DNA of 64,000 bases from Octopus sinensis (Eukaryota), in the NCBI RefSeq assembly GCF_006345805.1, contig NC_043019.1, positions 27,403,360 to 27,467,359 on the forward strand. The letters are read 5' to 3'. Each line of letters opens with the position of its first letter. The first letter of the stretch is position 1. Position numbers and translations under genes: made by a program. Of the stretch, positions 1 to 11,758 are shown piece after piece. Under the pieces are notes generated by a model that saw only the letters and a list, made by a program, of their open reading frames with translations, did no database searches and was not told the origin of the DNA.

Positions 1-227
1 TTCATACGGCACAGAATGCTTTTTACCTCAATAGACGTCAGTGATTGGTTGAAAGTGCAGAAATTGAAGCAAAAAAACAACAAATATCTTACAAACTATA
101 GAATTTTCTCAATAAAGCCAAGAGAAAAAGATGTTTTATAAACACATTCTACCAGTATACGAAGTTTAAAAGTGTTTAGTTACGTGGAAATTATTTTAAA
201 AAACTGCCGTTCAAACCGAAAAGATCC
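1..227 (-). mobile_element. Merlin-type MITE, partial copy cut by the window edge
   Basis: Reverse complement of the 5' half of the elements at 33546-33959 and 61224-61637; ends in the TIR AAAAACTGCCGTTCAAACCGAAAAGATCC. Confidence 0.85.
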
Positions 228-229
228 AA

Positions 230-1330
230 AATCAATTCTATTTCTTGGTAGAAGATATTTAACATTATTATTGGAATTATCATGAATTTACAGTTAGATC
301 AAAGTCATTCCATCCATGACTGTCCTACCTTTTTTCCAGATGCACAGAATCCAGGACCACATTATCCAATGCCTCCTATTTTTACTTTAACCCTTTCACT
401 GCAAAAATCAGATATATCCACTCAAAATTTCATTACCCTTAACAGTGGAAAGCAGTTCCATACACCGATCTATCTTTCTGTTGAATGTCATGTTTGAAAC
501 TATTTTCTCTTAAGATATGGCAAATTTATTGATGCAACGTGACTTGCAGAAAATACCAATCCTGATTTTTTAAAAGATATTTAACATCATTACTGGCATA
601 AACATGTAATTTAATTTCATAGTGAAAGGGTTAAGGGACTTTGTCAAACCAGTGATCAAAGACACTTCAACCATGACTGTCCTACTTTTTTTTTACTAGT
701 TACACTAAATTCAAGACCACATGATCCAATGCCTCCTATTTTTACTTTAACCCTTTCACTGCAAAAATCAGATATATCCACTCAAAATTTCATTACCCTT
801 AACAGTGGAAAGCAGTTCCATACACCGATCTATCTTTCTGTTGAATGTCATGTTTGAAACTATTTTCTCTTAAGATATGGCAAATTTATTGATGCAACGT
901 GACTTGCAGAAAATACCAATCCTGATTTTTTAAAAAGATATTTAACATCATTACTGGCATAAACATGTAATTTAATTTCATAGTGAAAGGGTTAAGGGAC
1001 TTTGTCAAACCAGTGATCAAAGACACTTCAACCATGACTGTCCTACTTTTTTTTTTACTAGTTACACTAAATTCAAGACCACATGATCCAATGCCTCCTA
1101 TTTTTACTTTAACCCTTTTACTGCAGAAATCAGATGTATCCTATCAAAATTTCTTTACCCTTAACTGCGGAAAGCAGTTTCATACACCAATTTATCTTTT
1201 GTTGAGGAATGTCATTTTTGGAACTATTTTCTCTTAAGATATGACAAATTTATTGGGGCAACATAAATTGCAGAAAATATCAATTCTATTTTTTTGGTAG
1301 ATATTTAACATCATCACTGAAACAATTTAC
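230..1330. repeat. Tandem triplication of a ~360-bp unit in the BMP intron
   Basis: ATCCAATGCCTCCTATTTTTACTTTAACCC recurs near 364, 724 and 1086; the first two units are almost identical. Confidence 0.9.
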
Positions 1331-1357
1331 AGCTGAAGGGTCAAGGGACCCCATTAA

Positions 1358-1577
1358 CCCTTTTGTTACTAATCCGGCCAAAACCAGCTCTGGCTATGTG
1401 GTAAAATGTCTTGTTTTCATAAGTTTTGAATTAAAATATTCCACCAAGCTTTAGTCACAATTTACATTCCTAACACTAGCTTAATAATAACTAAGTTATT
1501 TTACTAAATTCTTTGTTATATTTAAAATAATTGAAAGAAACACAGAGCATCTCAAAATAAATACAGTAATGAAAGGG
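1358..1577. mobile_element. piggyBac-like MITE (TTAA target)
   Basis: TTAA|CCCTTTTGTTAC...GTAATGAAAGGG|TTAA; second copy at 48371-48590. Confidence 0.85.
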
Positions 1578-1889
1578 TTAAACCTGTGATCAAAGACATT
1601 TCAACCATGACTGTCCTATTTTTTCCCCAAATTTCAGCAGTTTCTTTATAATCTAGCATATAAAGATCACTATTGATTTTACAACCTCCGGATCAAACAT
1701 TTTTTTTTTTTTGTTTCACTAAGAAATGAACTCTTGTCCAACTCTCCTATCATAACAGAAGTGTTTTGCCAGCAGTGTAATACAAGCAAATCCAATGACC
1801 CAGTTTTCAGTGATTTAACTGGACTAAAACTAACATGTTTTTTAGTTCAATACTTCCCTTCAACTGCTTTCTGTTACACTTGCCTTTAC

Positions 1890-2493
1890 AGGTAAAACAA
1901 CAAAGTAAATTAACAGAATGTGAATAGGGGATAACAACAGGGTATTAATAGGGTAAAATTGGTGTGTTAATGGGGAAAATAATAGAATAAGACAGGATTT
2001 TAAAAGAGTAAAATAACAGGGTATTTACAGGGTAAAATAACAGGGTGTTAATAGGATAAAATAAGTATGTTAATGAGGAAAATAACAGGGTTTTGATAGG
2101 GTTTTAACATGATGTTAATTGGACAAAATAACAGAATATTAATAGGGTAAGATACCAGGGTGTTACTAAGGTAAAATAATAAGGGTATTAATGGAATAAA
2201 GTAACAGAACATTAATAGGGCAAAATAAGTGTGTTAATAGGGAAAGGTACATGGTTATAATAGGGTAAATTAGAGGGTTTTAATAGGATAAGTTGACAGG
2301 GTTTTGATAGGATAACTTGACAGGGTTTTGATAGGATAACTTGACAGGGTTTTGATAGGTTAAGTTGACAGGGTTTTGATAGGATAAGTTGACAGGGTTT
2401 TGATAGGATAAGTTGACAGGGTTTTGATAAAATAAATTGACAGGGTTTTGATAGGATAAGTTGACAGGGTTTTGATAGGATAAGTTGACAGGG
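1890..2493. repeat. 24-bp minisatellite (AGGATAAGTTGACAGGGTTTTGAT)n with a degenerate left flank
   Basis: About 9 near-perfect units at ~2275-2493; related decayed units at 1890-2275. Explains the spurious TLSTYPIK-repeat ORF. Confidence 0.9.
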
Positions 2494-2680
2494 TACTTAT
2501 TTTATCAACCCCAAAAGGATGAAAGGCAAAGTCAACCGCAGCAGAATTTGAACCCAGAAGCAAAGGAGAGCAAAATGCCACTAAGCATTTTGCCCGGCAT
2601 GCTAACAATTCTGCCAGATCGATACCTTAAATGATGATGATGATGATAATAATAATAATAATAATAAGTAAATTACTCAC

Positions 2681-3095
2681 CATGGTTGACAAAACTCATG
2701 ATAACATCAGAACTGTTGAGTTTAGGCATTTCATTTTCTAAAGTTCTGCTGAAGAAGTGGGGGTGTTCATCCTCATCGTCATCTTCAATGGATCCACTGG
2801 CACCTGAACCATGCAGCTTATTGTACAGATCAATCATGAAGCGGGGAGCAGAAGTCTCCTTACCGGGAGCTCGTGGTTTCGGTTTGTGGTGTAATCCCAT
2901 CAAGGTGAGTATTTCTTGTTGAAATTCCTTCTTCACACGATGTGGGATCCGGCTGACCATCACGGACTGTTCCAGGCCGTTGTCGGTGTAGAAACCAGTA
3001 CTGTCCATCCGAGTGGTCCACACACAAGGAGGCCGACACAACAAACACACCAGCAATACCAGACACAACAAATAGCTGGTCCATGCACCTGCCAT
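2681..3095 (-). CDS. BMP5-8/gbb(60A)-type TGF-beta ligand, first coding exon (signal peptide and prodomain start)
   Basis: MAGAWTSYLLCLVLLVCLL signal peptide; prodomain motifs EFQQEILTLMGLHHKPKP, SAPRFMIDLYN, SDVIMSFVN; phase-1 donor G|GTGAGT at 2680, the same intron position as BMP5/6/7; CAG acceptor at 3128-3130 implies an upstream UTR exon. Confidence 0.9.
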
Positions 3096-3552
3096 CTCTC
3101 CTTTTAAATCTCGTTTATGGAAGACACCTGCATTAACGAACAAACATTACAGATTTTAGAAAACTTGACAAGTTTAATAATTAATCTTATTGGATACAGA
3201 ATTTTAATTATATTGGTCCTAATTTTACCTATGTCTGAAATTGTTAAATTGTATTCTGTAATTTCTTTTCCGTTGTTACTTTTATCATGTGGTTAAGGAT
3301 ATGCTCTGTTTGACAACGTTCTGGTTCATATCACAGAAGGTATTTTGTATTTTTAAGTACATACATACATACACACACATATATATATGCATGCATATAT
3401 ATATGTATGTTTACACACACACACACATATACTCACTGCATGCGCATGTATGTATGTATGTATGTATGTACTGCATGTACAGTAACTTTCCAGTGGCAGA
3501 TTATGTTGTGTGATAAAAGTATTCTTTCATTTATTCATAAATAAATATAATA

Positions 3553-3957
3553 GGCGCAGGAGTGGCTGTGTGGTAAGTAGCTTGCTAACCAACCACATGG
3601 TTCCGGGTTCAGTCCCACTGCGTGGCATCTTGGGCAAGTGTCTTCTGCTATAGCCCCGGGCCGACCAATGCCTTGTGAGTGGATTTGGTAGACGGAAACT
3701 GAAAGAAGCCTGTCATATATATGTATATATATATATGTGTGTGTTTGTATGTCTGTGTTTGTCCCCCTAGCATTGCTTGACAACCGATGCTGGTGTGTTT
3801 ACGTCCCCGTCACTTAGCGGTTCGGCAAAAAAGAGACCGATAGAATAAGTACTGGGCTTACAAAGAATAAGTCCCGGGGTTGATTTGCTCGACTAAAGGC
3901 GGTGCTCCAGCATGGCCGCAGTCAAATGACTGAAACAAGTAAAAGAGTAAAAGAGTA
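3553..3957 (+). mobile_element. tRNA-derived SINE family A, full length
   Basis: tRNA-like head GGCGCAGGAGTGGCTGTGTGGTAAG...GGTTCAGTCCC, internal TA/TG tract, (GTAAAAGA)n tail. Other copies at about 6070-6435(-), 10134-10500(-), 17806-18170(+), 22020-22437(+), 23951-24575(+, interrupted), 40915-41286(-), 50469-50856(+). Confidence 0.85.
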
Positions 3958-4264
3958 ATATACACACACATACATCCATTTTTACATACGTATGTGCACA
4001 CACTGACACACACACACACATATATATATATACAAACAACCAGACATACACACATATGCATGCATAAATACAAACACACACACACATCAGCAAACAGGTA
4101 GAAAACATAAAAGAATGTAGTACATCATCTACAAAAAGACAGACAGAGGGCTTCCATCTCTCTCTTTCTCTCTCTCTCTCTATATATATATATTTTTTAT
4201 TTTTATTTTATTTTTATTTTATTTAGTTTCAGCTCACAAGCTGTGGCCATGCTGGGGCACCGCC

Positions 4265-4301
<37 letters not shown>

Positions 4302-4304
<3 letters not shown>

Positions 4305-4645
4305 GAAAGGAGACCCCCTTTGGTCATGAATGAGCATGGGATTGGACCTTGAAAGTTACCCTCCTAGGTACAAGTCTGGGCAAGGTTGCTTTTTATGGAA
4401 GACTAGCAGTCGCCCATGCATGCCGGCCTCCCCTCTCCATGCCACCAGTGTTATCCAAGGGAAAGGCAAAATCTGATACAGCTTGGCACCTGTGACGTCG
4501 CAACTCATTCTACAGCTGAGTGAACTGGAGCAACGTGAAGTAAAATGTCTTGCTCAAGAACACAACACACAGCCCGGTCCAGGATTCAAACTCACAACCT
4601 CACAATCGTAAGCTCAACGCTCTAACCACTGAGCCATGCACCTTC
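4302..4645 (-). mobile_element. tRNA-derived SINE family C
   Basis: Minus strand GGTGCATGGCTCAGTGGTTAGAGCG...GAGTTTGAATCC (A and B boxes), then GTGTTCTTGAGCAAGACA; decayed copies near 15210-15500 and 22440-22670. Confidence 0.75.
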
Positions 4646-5069
4646 ACACACACACATATATATTCTTTTCTTTATTTCTTTTACTTGTTTCAGTCATTTG
4701 ACTGCAGCCATGTTAGAGCACCACCTTAAAGGGATTTTTTTAGTCAAAGAAATTGACCCCAGGACTTGTTCTTCATAGACTTTTTTATGGCTGGATGGCC
4801 TTCCTGTTGCAAATCTTCACCAGTCTCCAGGCAAAGTAATACTTCCCCATGGCCAGACATGTTTCCACAGAAAACTTGAGAAAGGCACTCTAAGTGTCAA
4901 GTGTCAAGACAAAGGGACAGAAACACACACATACATACATACATACACAAATGATCAAACAGACTCCAAAGAAGCTGGTGTTGACCTGATTGGTAAGATT
5001 TATATTATGTAGCAAAATAGATAAAAAGAGCACAATAAACACTAAAAATGCAGACAATAGACTCCTTCA

Positions 5070-5955
5070 AATGCTGGGGGGGGGGGGGTAAGTAGAAATA
5101 GTAGATAGCTTCTGTTACCTAGGAGATCAAGTTAGCAGTGGTGAAGGGAGTTCTGTAAGTGTGGTTGCTAGAATAAGAACAGGCTGAGCAAAGTTCAGAG
5201 AGCTTCTACCTTTGTTGGTAACTAAGGGCTTCTTCCTCGGAGTGAAAGGCAGATTGTATGATGCCTGTGCACACACAGCTAAGTTACATGGTTAGTGAAA
5301 CATGGGCTTTGACTACAGAGGAAATGTGAAGGGTTGAAAGAAATGTAGCTAGCCTGCTCTGCTGGATGGATAATGTTGGTGTGCACGCACACAACAGAGT
5401 GTAAAGGATTCAAGAGGAAAACTGGATATAAGAGGCATCAGATATTGAGTGCCAGAGAGAAGACTGCACTGGTTTGGTCATGTGATGTGTATGGATGAGG
5501 ACAGCTGCATAAAGGAGTGCTGTGTTCTAATTGTGGAGGGTACCTGTGGAAGGGGTAGACCCAGGAAGACGGGGGATGAAGTGGGCCTCACTGAGGAATT
5601 GAAAGGGGACCAGGAGATGTGGCAATTTGCTGTACTTGATAAGACGCGTCAAGCTAAGTAAAATCTCTATCTCCCATACATCCAGGCTTATCCTTTTAGG
5701 TGCCAGTGCCACTTAAAAAGCGCCCATGGTGGTGCTGTGTTAATGCACCTGTGCCAGTGCTGCATAAACACATTCAAGCCAGTAGCAGGTAAAAAGCACA
5801 TTCTGTTAGGTGGTTGGCATTAGGAAAGGCATCCTGCCATAGAAACCATACCACAACAGACAGTTGGAGTCTGGACAGCACCCAGCTAGCCAGTGCCATG
5901 TCAAACTGTCCAACCCATGCCAGCATGGAAAGAGGATGTTAACCAATGACGATGA
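5070..5955 (+). mobile_element. RTE-clade LINE, 5'-truncated and degraded 3' portion with UTR tail
   Basis: Remnant peptide RRLHWFGHVMCMDEDSCIK...GTCGRGRPRKT; tail CCAACCCATGCCAGCATGGAA...(ATG)n; homologous to 55840-57015. Confidence 0.85.
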
Positions 5956-5979
5956 ACTCGTTGTGGGGGAATGGAAAAT

Positions 5980-6010
5980 CCAATGTTTCAGACAGAGCCC
6001 TTCGTCAGGG
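5980..6010 (-). ncRNA. Degenerate minimal hammerhead ribozyme (Penelope type)
   Basis: Minus strand CC-CTGACGA-A-GGGC-TCT-GTCT-GAAA-CATT-GG; catalytic core intact, stems II and III carry transitions. Confidence 0.55.
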
Positions 6011-6946
6011 AAAAGTTGAAAGAAGAGAAATTAATGAGATGCAACGGGGTTTTACATTTTATCTCTTTTATCTTTTCTTTACTTGTTCCATTCATTAGAC
6101 TGAGGCCATGCTGGAGCATCACCTTGAAGAGTTTCAATGGAATGAATTGACCCCAGTACTTTTTTTTCCTTAAACCTAGTACATATTCTATCAGTCTCTT
6201 TGCTGAACTGTGGGAATGTAAACAAACCAACACTGGTCATCAAGCAGTAGAGGGGACAAACAGGGAAAAAAGACACATGCATACATATAAAATACAGGAT
6301 TCTTTGAGTTTCTGTTTACCAAATCCATTTACAAGGCTTTAGTCGGCCTGAGGCTAGAGTAGAAGACACACTGAGATTGAACCCAGAACTATGTGATTGG
6401 GAAGCAAACTTCTTACCACACAGCCACACCTGCCTCCACAGGTTGGTGTTAGGAAGAGCATCCAGTCAAAGGAACCTTGCCAAAACACAACTGGAGCCTG
6501 GTGCAGCTCTCTGGCTAACCAGTTCCTATTAAACCATTCAACCAATGCCAGCATGGAAAAGCAGACATTAAATGATGATGATGAAGATGATAGATAAATA
6601 TATCAGTCACTGTAAAGTGGTTGGCATTTGGAAGGGCATCCAGCTGTAAAAAATCATGCCAAAACTGACCTCGCTTGTGCTGGTGCCATGTAAAAAGCAC
6701 TCAGTCCACTCTGCAGGATGGTTGGTGCTAGGAAGGACATCCAGCCATAAAAACTGTGCCAAAACAGACACAGAAGCCTAGTGCAGTCTTCAGCCTGGCC
6801 AGTGCCATGTCAAACTGTCCAACCCATTCCAGCATGGAAGGCGGATGTTAAACAATGATGATGGTGATGGCTTGCTTGTTTTCTTCAAATTATAAAATTG
6901 TTACAATATTATCATTATTACTATTATTATTATTATTATTATTATT

Positions 6947-7140
6947 GGCACCTGTGCGGGTGGCACGTAAAAAGCACCCACTACACTCACGGAGTGGTTG
7001 GCGTTAGGAAGGGCATCCAGCCGTAGAAACACTGCCAGATCAGACTGGGCCTGATGCAGCCTTCTGGCTTCACAGACCCCAGTTGAACCGTCCAACCCAT
7101 GCTAGCATGGAAAGCGGACGCTAAACGATGATGATGATTA
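6947..7140 (+). mobile_element. RTE 3'-tail short retroelement
   Basis: GGTGGCACGTAAAAAGCACCC...GCTAGCATGGAAAGCGGACGCTAAACG(ATG)n; near-identical copies at about 36900-37270(-), 49812-50255(-), 54246-54520(-). Confidence 0.85.
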
Positions 7141-8446
7141 TTATTATTATTATTATTAAGACAATGAGTTGGCAGAACCGTTAGCATGCCAGGCAAAATG
7201 CATAGAAGCATTTCTTCCATCTTTACGTTCTGAGTTCAAACTCCACCAAGGCCGACTTAGCCTTTCGTCCTTTTTCATCGATAAATTAAGTACCTGTGAA
7301 ACATTGGGGACAATGTAATCGATTAGTCCACTACCCCAAAATTTCAGGCCTTGTGCCTTTAGCAGAAATTATTATTATTATTATTGAGTGAGAGAGCAGT
7401 GCATGCCATCAAAGTGACACTGGGGTACAAATATATGAAGCCCAGTATACCCATCATGACTACCCGTCTGATAAGGGTACACCAGGCACATACATCACAA
7501 CCATATGTGCACGACATGGTGATCTCATAACAAGATAAACAGCGCATGACCTTGCGGGTGGGGCCAAGTTAGATTTTCTTCTGGTTGGGTAACCCATCCC
7601 ACTCAAAAGGTCCCTGATTAAGGGTTGTTTAAGGATGTTGAATGAAACACCCATGTTTCCAGAGGTGAATCATTCAAACCCCAAAGAATCCCTCTCAACA
7701 CATGGCTATGATGCTCCCCCACTACTTCTACTCGTGATCAGAGATGCACATATCGTCAGCCACTAAGGGACATGCTCAACTGGTTACGGTCAAACAACTG
7801 ACAAGCAAATCTGTGGTATTGAGCAGAATATTTGCTGTAGCCCATCTTTTATACCAAGACAAAACAATGTACATAACACTTCCAGTCAGTTAAGATCAGA
7901 AGCCATGAGAGCCGCTGCCTGGTATTATTATTATTATTATTACCACCACCTCTCACCCAATAAACCAACCACAGATTACGTTTCTCTGGTGTTTTTGATA
8001 TTAAATCTGTCTACCTCTATATATTCATTCATGTAATATTCAACACGTGTATATAATTTGACAATGCTCCGAGTGAACATGAAAAACATGTACTTCCTTG
8101 CTCTTATCTCTTACAACATTTTTAAAACCGTTTGTTTATTTCTATTCTTTACTCTTCCCATACTTAATCAAGATTCCTACAAACACATGCTTTGTTTGGG
8201 TCACAGACTTACAAGAGAAAGAGAGAGAGAGAACTCAGACCAACAACAGGATAATGTAGTGTTGAGGCTTACCCCCAACGTTTTTAGGAACAACACATGT
8301 GGGCATCATACCACTATTCATAGATATAATGTTTACTACCAGTGATGGATTAACCATTAGGCAAATAGGCATGTGCTTAAGGCATCAAGGGAAGGGGGCA
8401 TCACAGAAATGGTAAATGGTTAACAGCACAAAAGAAATCACTTTAA

Positions 8447-8890
8447 CCCTTTAGTATTTAAACCTTTAGTGTTTAAACCGGCCATACCAGGCCAAAATTG
8501 TCTTCCTGTTTTATGCTCAAACCAGCCAGCTCTGACCTCTCACACCTACCCTACAAAGTCATTCTAAAAATAAACAGGGACATCATCAAAATCTCAGAGT
8601 TACAAGATGCTGTACAATTAATTTAAAACAATGTGATTAAACAGGCTTTACATTTGACAGAGTAATCTGAATGCTAAAGGGTTAAACCAGCCATATCCGG
8701 CCAAAATAGCTAATCTGTTTTATGTTCAAACTGACCAGATCCAGGCTCTCACACCTACCCTACAATGTTATTCTACATTAAGTAATTACACCATCAAGAT
8801 CTTGAAGATATGAGATAATGCATGATTAATTCAAATCAATGGGAATCAATAAGCATTATGTTTGATAGAATAATCTGAATACTAAAGGGT
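8447..8890. mobile_element. Tandem dimer of a TTAA (piggyBac-like) MITE
   Basis: TTAACCCTTTAG...CTAAAGGGTTAA unit repeated head to tail; inverted copy at ~24980-25200. Confidence 0.75.
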
Positions 8891-9563
8891 TTGCTAAAAT
8901 AATATTCGAATCATAGCTGTGACCAATATCAGCGCCAGTTGACTGGCACCTGTGCTGGTGGCACATAAAAAGCACCACTCAAGCATGTGGCCGATGCCGG
9001 TGTCACATCAATGGCACCCATGCTGGTGTCATGTAAAAAGCACCTACTACATTCTTGGAATGGTTGGCATTAGGAAGGGCATCCAGCCATAGAAGCCATG
9101 CCAAACCAGATTGGAACCAGCTCACCAGTTTTCAGTCAAACTGTCCAACCCATACCAGCATAGAAAGCAGATGCTAAATGATGATGATGATTTGACTGGA
9201 AAAATTCATTTTCTGGTTTATTATTGGTTATATTTTGAATTACATAGAATTAGGGGTCCAACACCTTTTAAGGGCTTAGAGTTTCTATGGGTTTTAATTC
9301 AGCCCTGATTACTATACATGAGCTTCTAGCTAAATCCATACTATACATATGATTTTTTAAAATTAGGTCCAATCGTGGAACCATACAACGGTATATATGT
9401 ACTTCATTTGGGTTTCTAGCTGTGCTCATATGCTAGTTGTATGGCCATGGAATGTCAATAGATAACACTTGGTACTGAGATCTCACGGTGAATAATATCT
9501 GTGATAAAAGATATTAGTTATAATAAAGACAATTTCACATTAATCTAATGGGTTACTCTATAC

Positions 9564-9764
9564 CAGTGCTTTTCAAACTTTTTTCTAAAGCGGAACCCCA
9601 AGGAAACATTCCACTGGCTCGAGGAACCCTTGTGCAATAATTTAATTGTCTTATGCACACATATCTGCACAGGAGAATTAAAAATTACTGTCGATTTTAG
9701 CATTTTTGTAACTTCTTGCGGAACCCCTGGACTATACTGGCGGAACCCTGGTTGAAAACCACTG
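9564..9764. mobile_element. hAT (Charlie-like) MITE
   Basis: TIRs CAGTGCTTTTCAAAC / GTTGAAAACCACTG with a perfect 8-bp TSD CTCTATAC. Confidence 0.9.
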
Positions 9765-10986
9765 CTCTATACTTTTGTAGAATACAAATTTATTATTAAC
9801 GTAAGGGGTATCAGCCATCTGAATGTGGCTAGCCACTGGGGAGGTGTGTTACTGATGCTTTTAGCCCCAGGCGATCAACGCCACCAGAAGGACTTTAGAC
9901 ACCATCTCAGTGTCCTTGTGTTACTTGCAAAGGGAGGTCATCCTCCCTCGAAGACCCGAGTATTACATACGGACTATAGTTTCAAGGTAATTGCCTCTTG
10001 TCAACGCATGGTAAGCACTGGTCTTCGATGAAGGAGTCCCCTCGCAAGTAATATATAATGTTTTTCACAGTAACCACAAGAATGTTGTTGACAGTGACTT
10101 CAAAGTTTCAGCCAACTGAGCCACATTGTTTTACTCCTTTACTTGTTTCAGTCATTTGAATGTGGCCATGCTGGAGCACCGCCTTTAATCGTGCAAATCG
10201 ACCCCAGGACTTATTCTTTGTAAGCCCAGTACTTATTCTATCGGTCTCTTTTGCTGAACTGCTAAGTTACGGGGACGTAAACACACCAGCATCGGTTGTC
10301 ATGCAATGTTGGGGGGACAAACACAGGCACACAAACATACACACACACATACATACATATATATACAATGGGCTTCTTTCAGTTTCCGTCTACCAAATCC
10401 ACTCACAAGGCTTCGGTCAGCCCGAGGCTATAGTAGAAGACAATTGCCCAAGGTGCCATGCAGTGGGACTGAACCCGGAACCACACAACCACTCTTATGC
10501 CTATACATATATCATGATCATCATTTAACGTGCATTGTCCATGCTGGCATGGATTGGAAGGTTTGATCAAGTCTGGCAAGCTGGAAGGCTGCACCAGACT
10601 CCAGTCTGATTTGACATGGTTTCTATATATATATATGATCAACTCAAAGCATTTAGTACCAGACAAAAGTATGCAGGACATGAGCAGCACTCAAGTCTCA
10701 CTTTCCAAGCCACACTCAAGGCTTGCACCAAACAACTGTACACATTCTACAGAAATCGTGGCTTCATTGGTTTCTGCAAGAATATGTTGTCGTTATTACT
10801 TCTTACAACCATGAAAATATTTTAAAGACTAGACAAACACAATGAGATCGTTTTTTAAACGTTAGACAAAAAAACAAGATTGTCTTTTAAGCATTAGACA
10901 CACAAGTCTTTCGTCGTTTTGCTCTTCTTCCACTCTTAATCTTTTAGTCGCAATATCTATACACCACAACCAGTATATATAACAAA

Positions 10987-11136
10987 GTTGGCATTCCTTC
11001 GGTATTGGTACACAACGTCATTCACCCACACAACCTTCCCTCATGACATAGATAAAGAGGGTAAGTTGAATGAGTGTGAATGACGTCGTCTCCTCATACC
11101 AATACTCTGTAGACCAATATCGAAGGATCGCCAGTT
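10987..11136. mobile_element. Short palindromic MITE-like element
   Basis: GGCATTCCTTCGGTATTGGT / ACCAATATCGAAGGATCGCC plus inner arms ACGTCATTCAC / GTGAATGACGT. Confidence 0.65.
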
Positions 11137-11696
11137 AATCTATTTAGCAACCAGTGTATATAATATTTTTTTAGAAAACGCTTTTCACTAAAAAGTTTCG
11201 AGTTAAACAATAGAACGAGTGGAAACTAGTGGTGAAGACCTTCTGGAAGAATAAACATTCAGAGTGGAATGAAAATAGATTCATCTTAAATTCCTTTAAC
11301 AGCAGGGATATATATACATGTGGGTGTGTGTGGGTGTGTAGGGGGGTGCGTGCATGGTGATGGTGGATTTTGTTCCACGACGAGGATTCAGGTGTTCGAT
11401 CAAACGAAATACCTGCTCCTGAATTAACTTATGTGGCTGAGTATTCCATAGAAACGTGTACCCTTGAAGTAAGTGTTGGGTAGAATCATCGATTCCTATT
11501 CAGTTACAGGTACCGATCCACCCGACGGAGCTTCTGTGCAATTTCCGTCAACTAAATTTCACTTGCATGGAATGAGTGGAGCCGAGGCAGTGGTATTGAA
11601 CGAAAGGCATAATGGTTACGAAGCGAACTTCTTAACCATTTAGCCCATACAAAGGTCTGCAGTTGTGTACATGTGCATGTGAATATATAGATATAT

Positions 11697-11697
11697 C

Positions 11698-11758
<61 letters not shown>
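11697..11758. repeat. (GATA)n microsatellite
   Basis: About 15 perfect GATA units. Confidence 0.95.

Noticed and set aside
2360-2608. ORF with TLSTYPIK repeats; CRISPR-like look of the 24-bp array
   Set aside because: Head-to-tail minisatellite with no unique spacers, fused to a SINE; no cas genes; eukaryotic context.
3096-3143. N-terminal extension of the BMP ORF (MFVNAGVF...)
   Set aside because: Starts at a non-ATG codon and crosses a CAG acceptor; the signal peptide begins at ATG 3095.
3553-3625. tRNA-like sequences at SINE heads
   Set aside because: No complete cloverleaf; always attached to SINE bodies.
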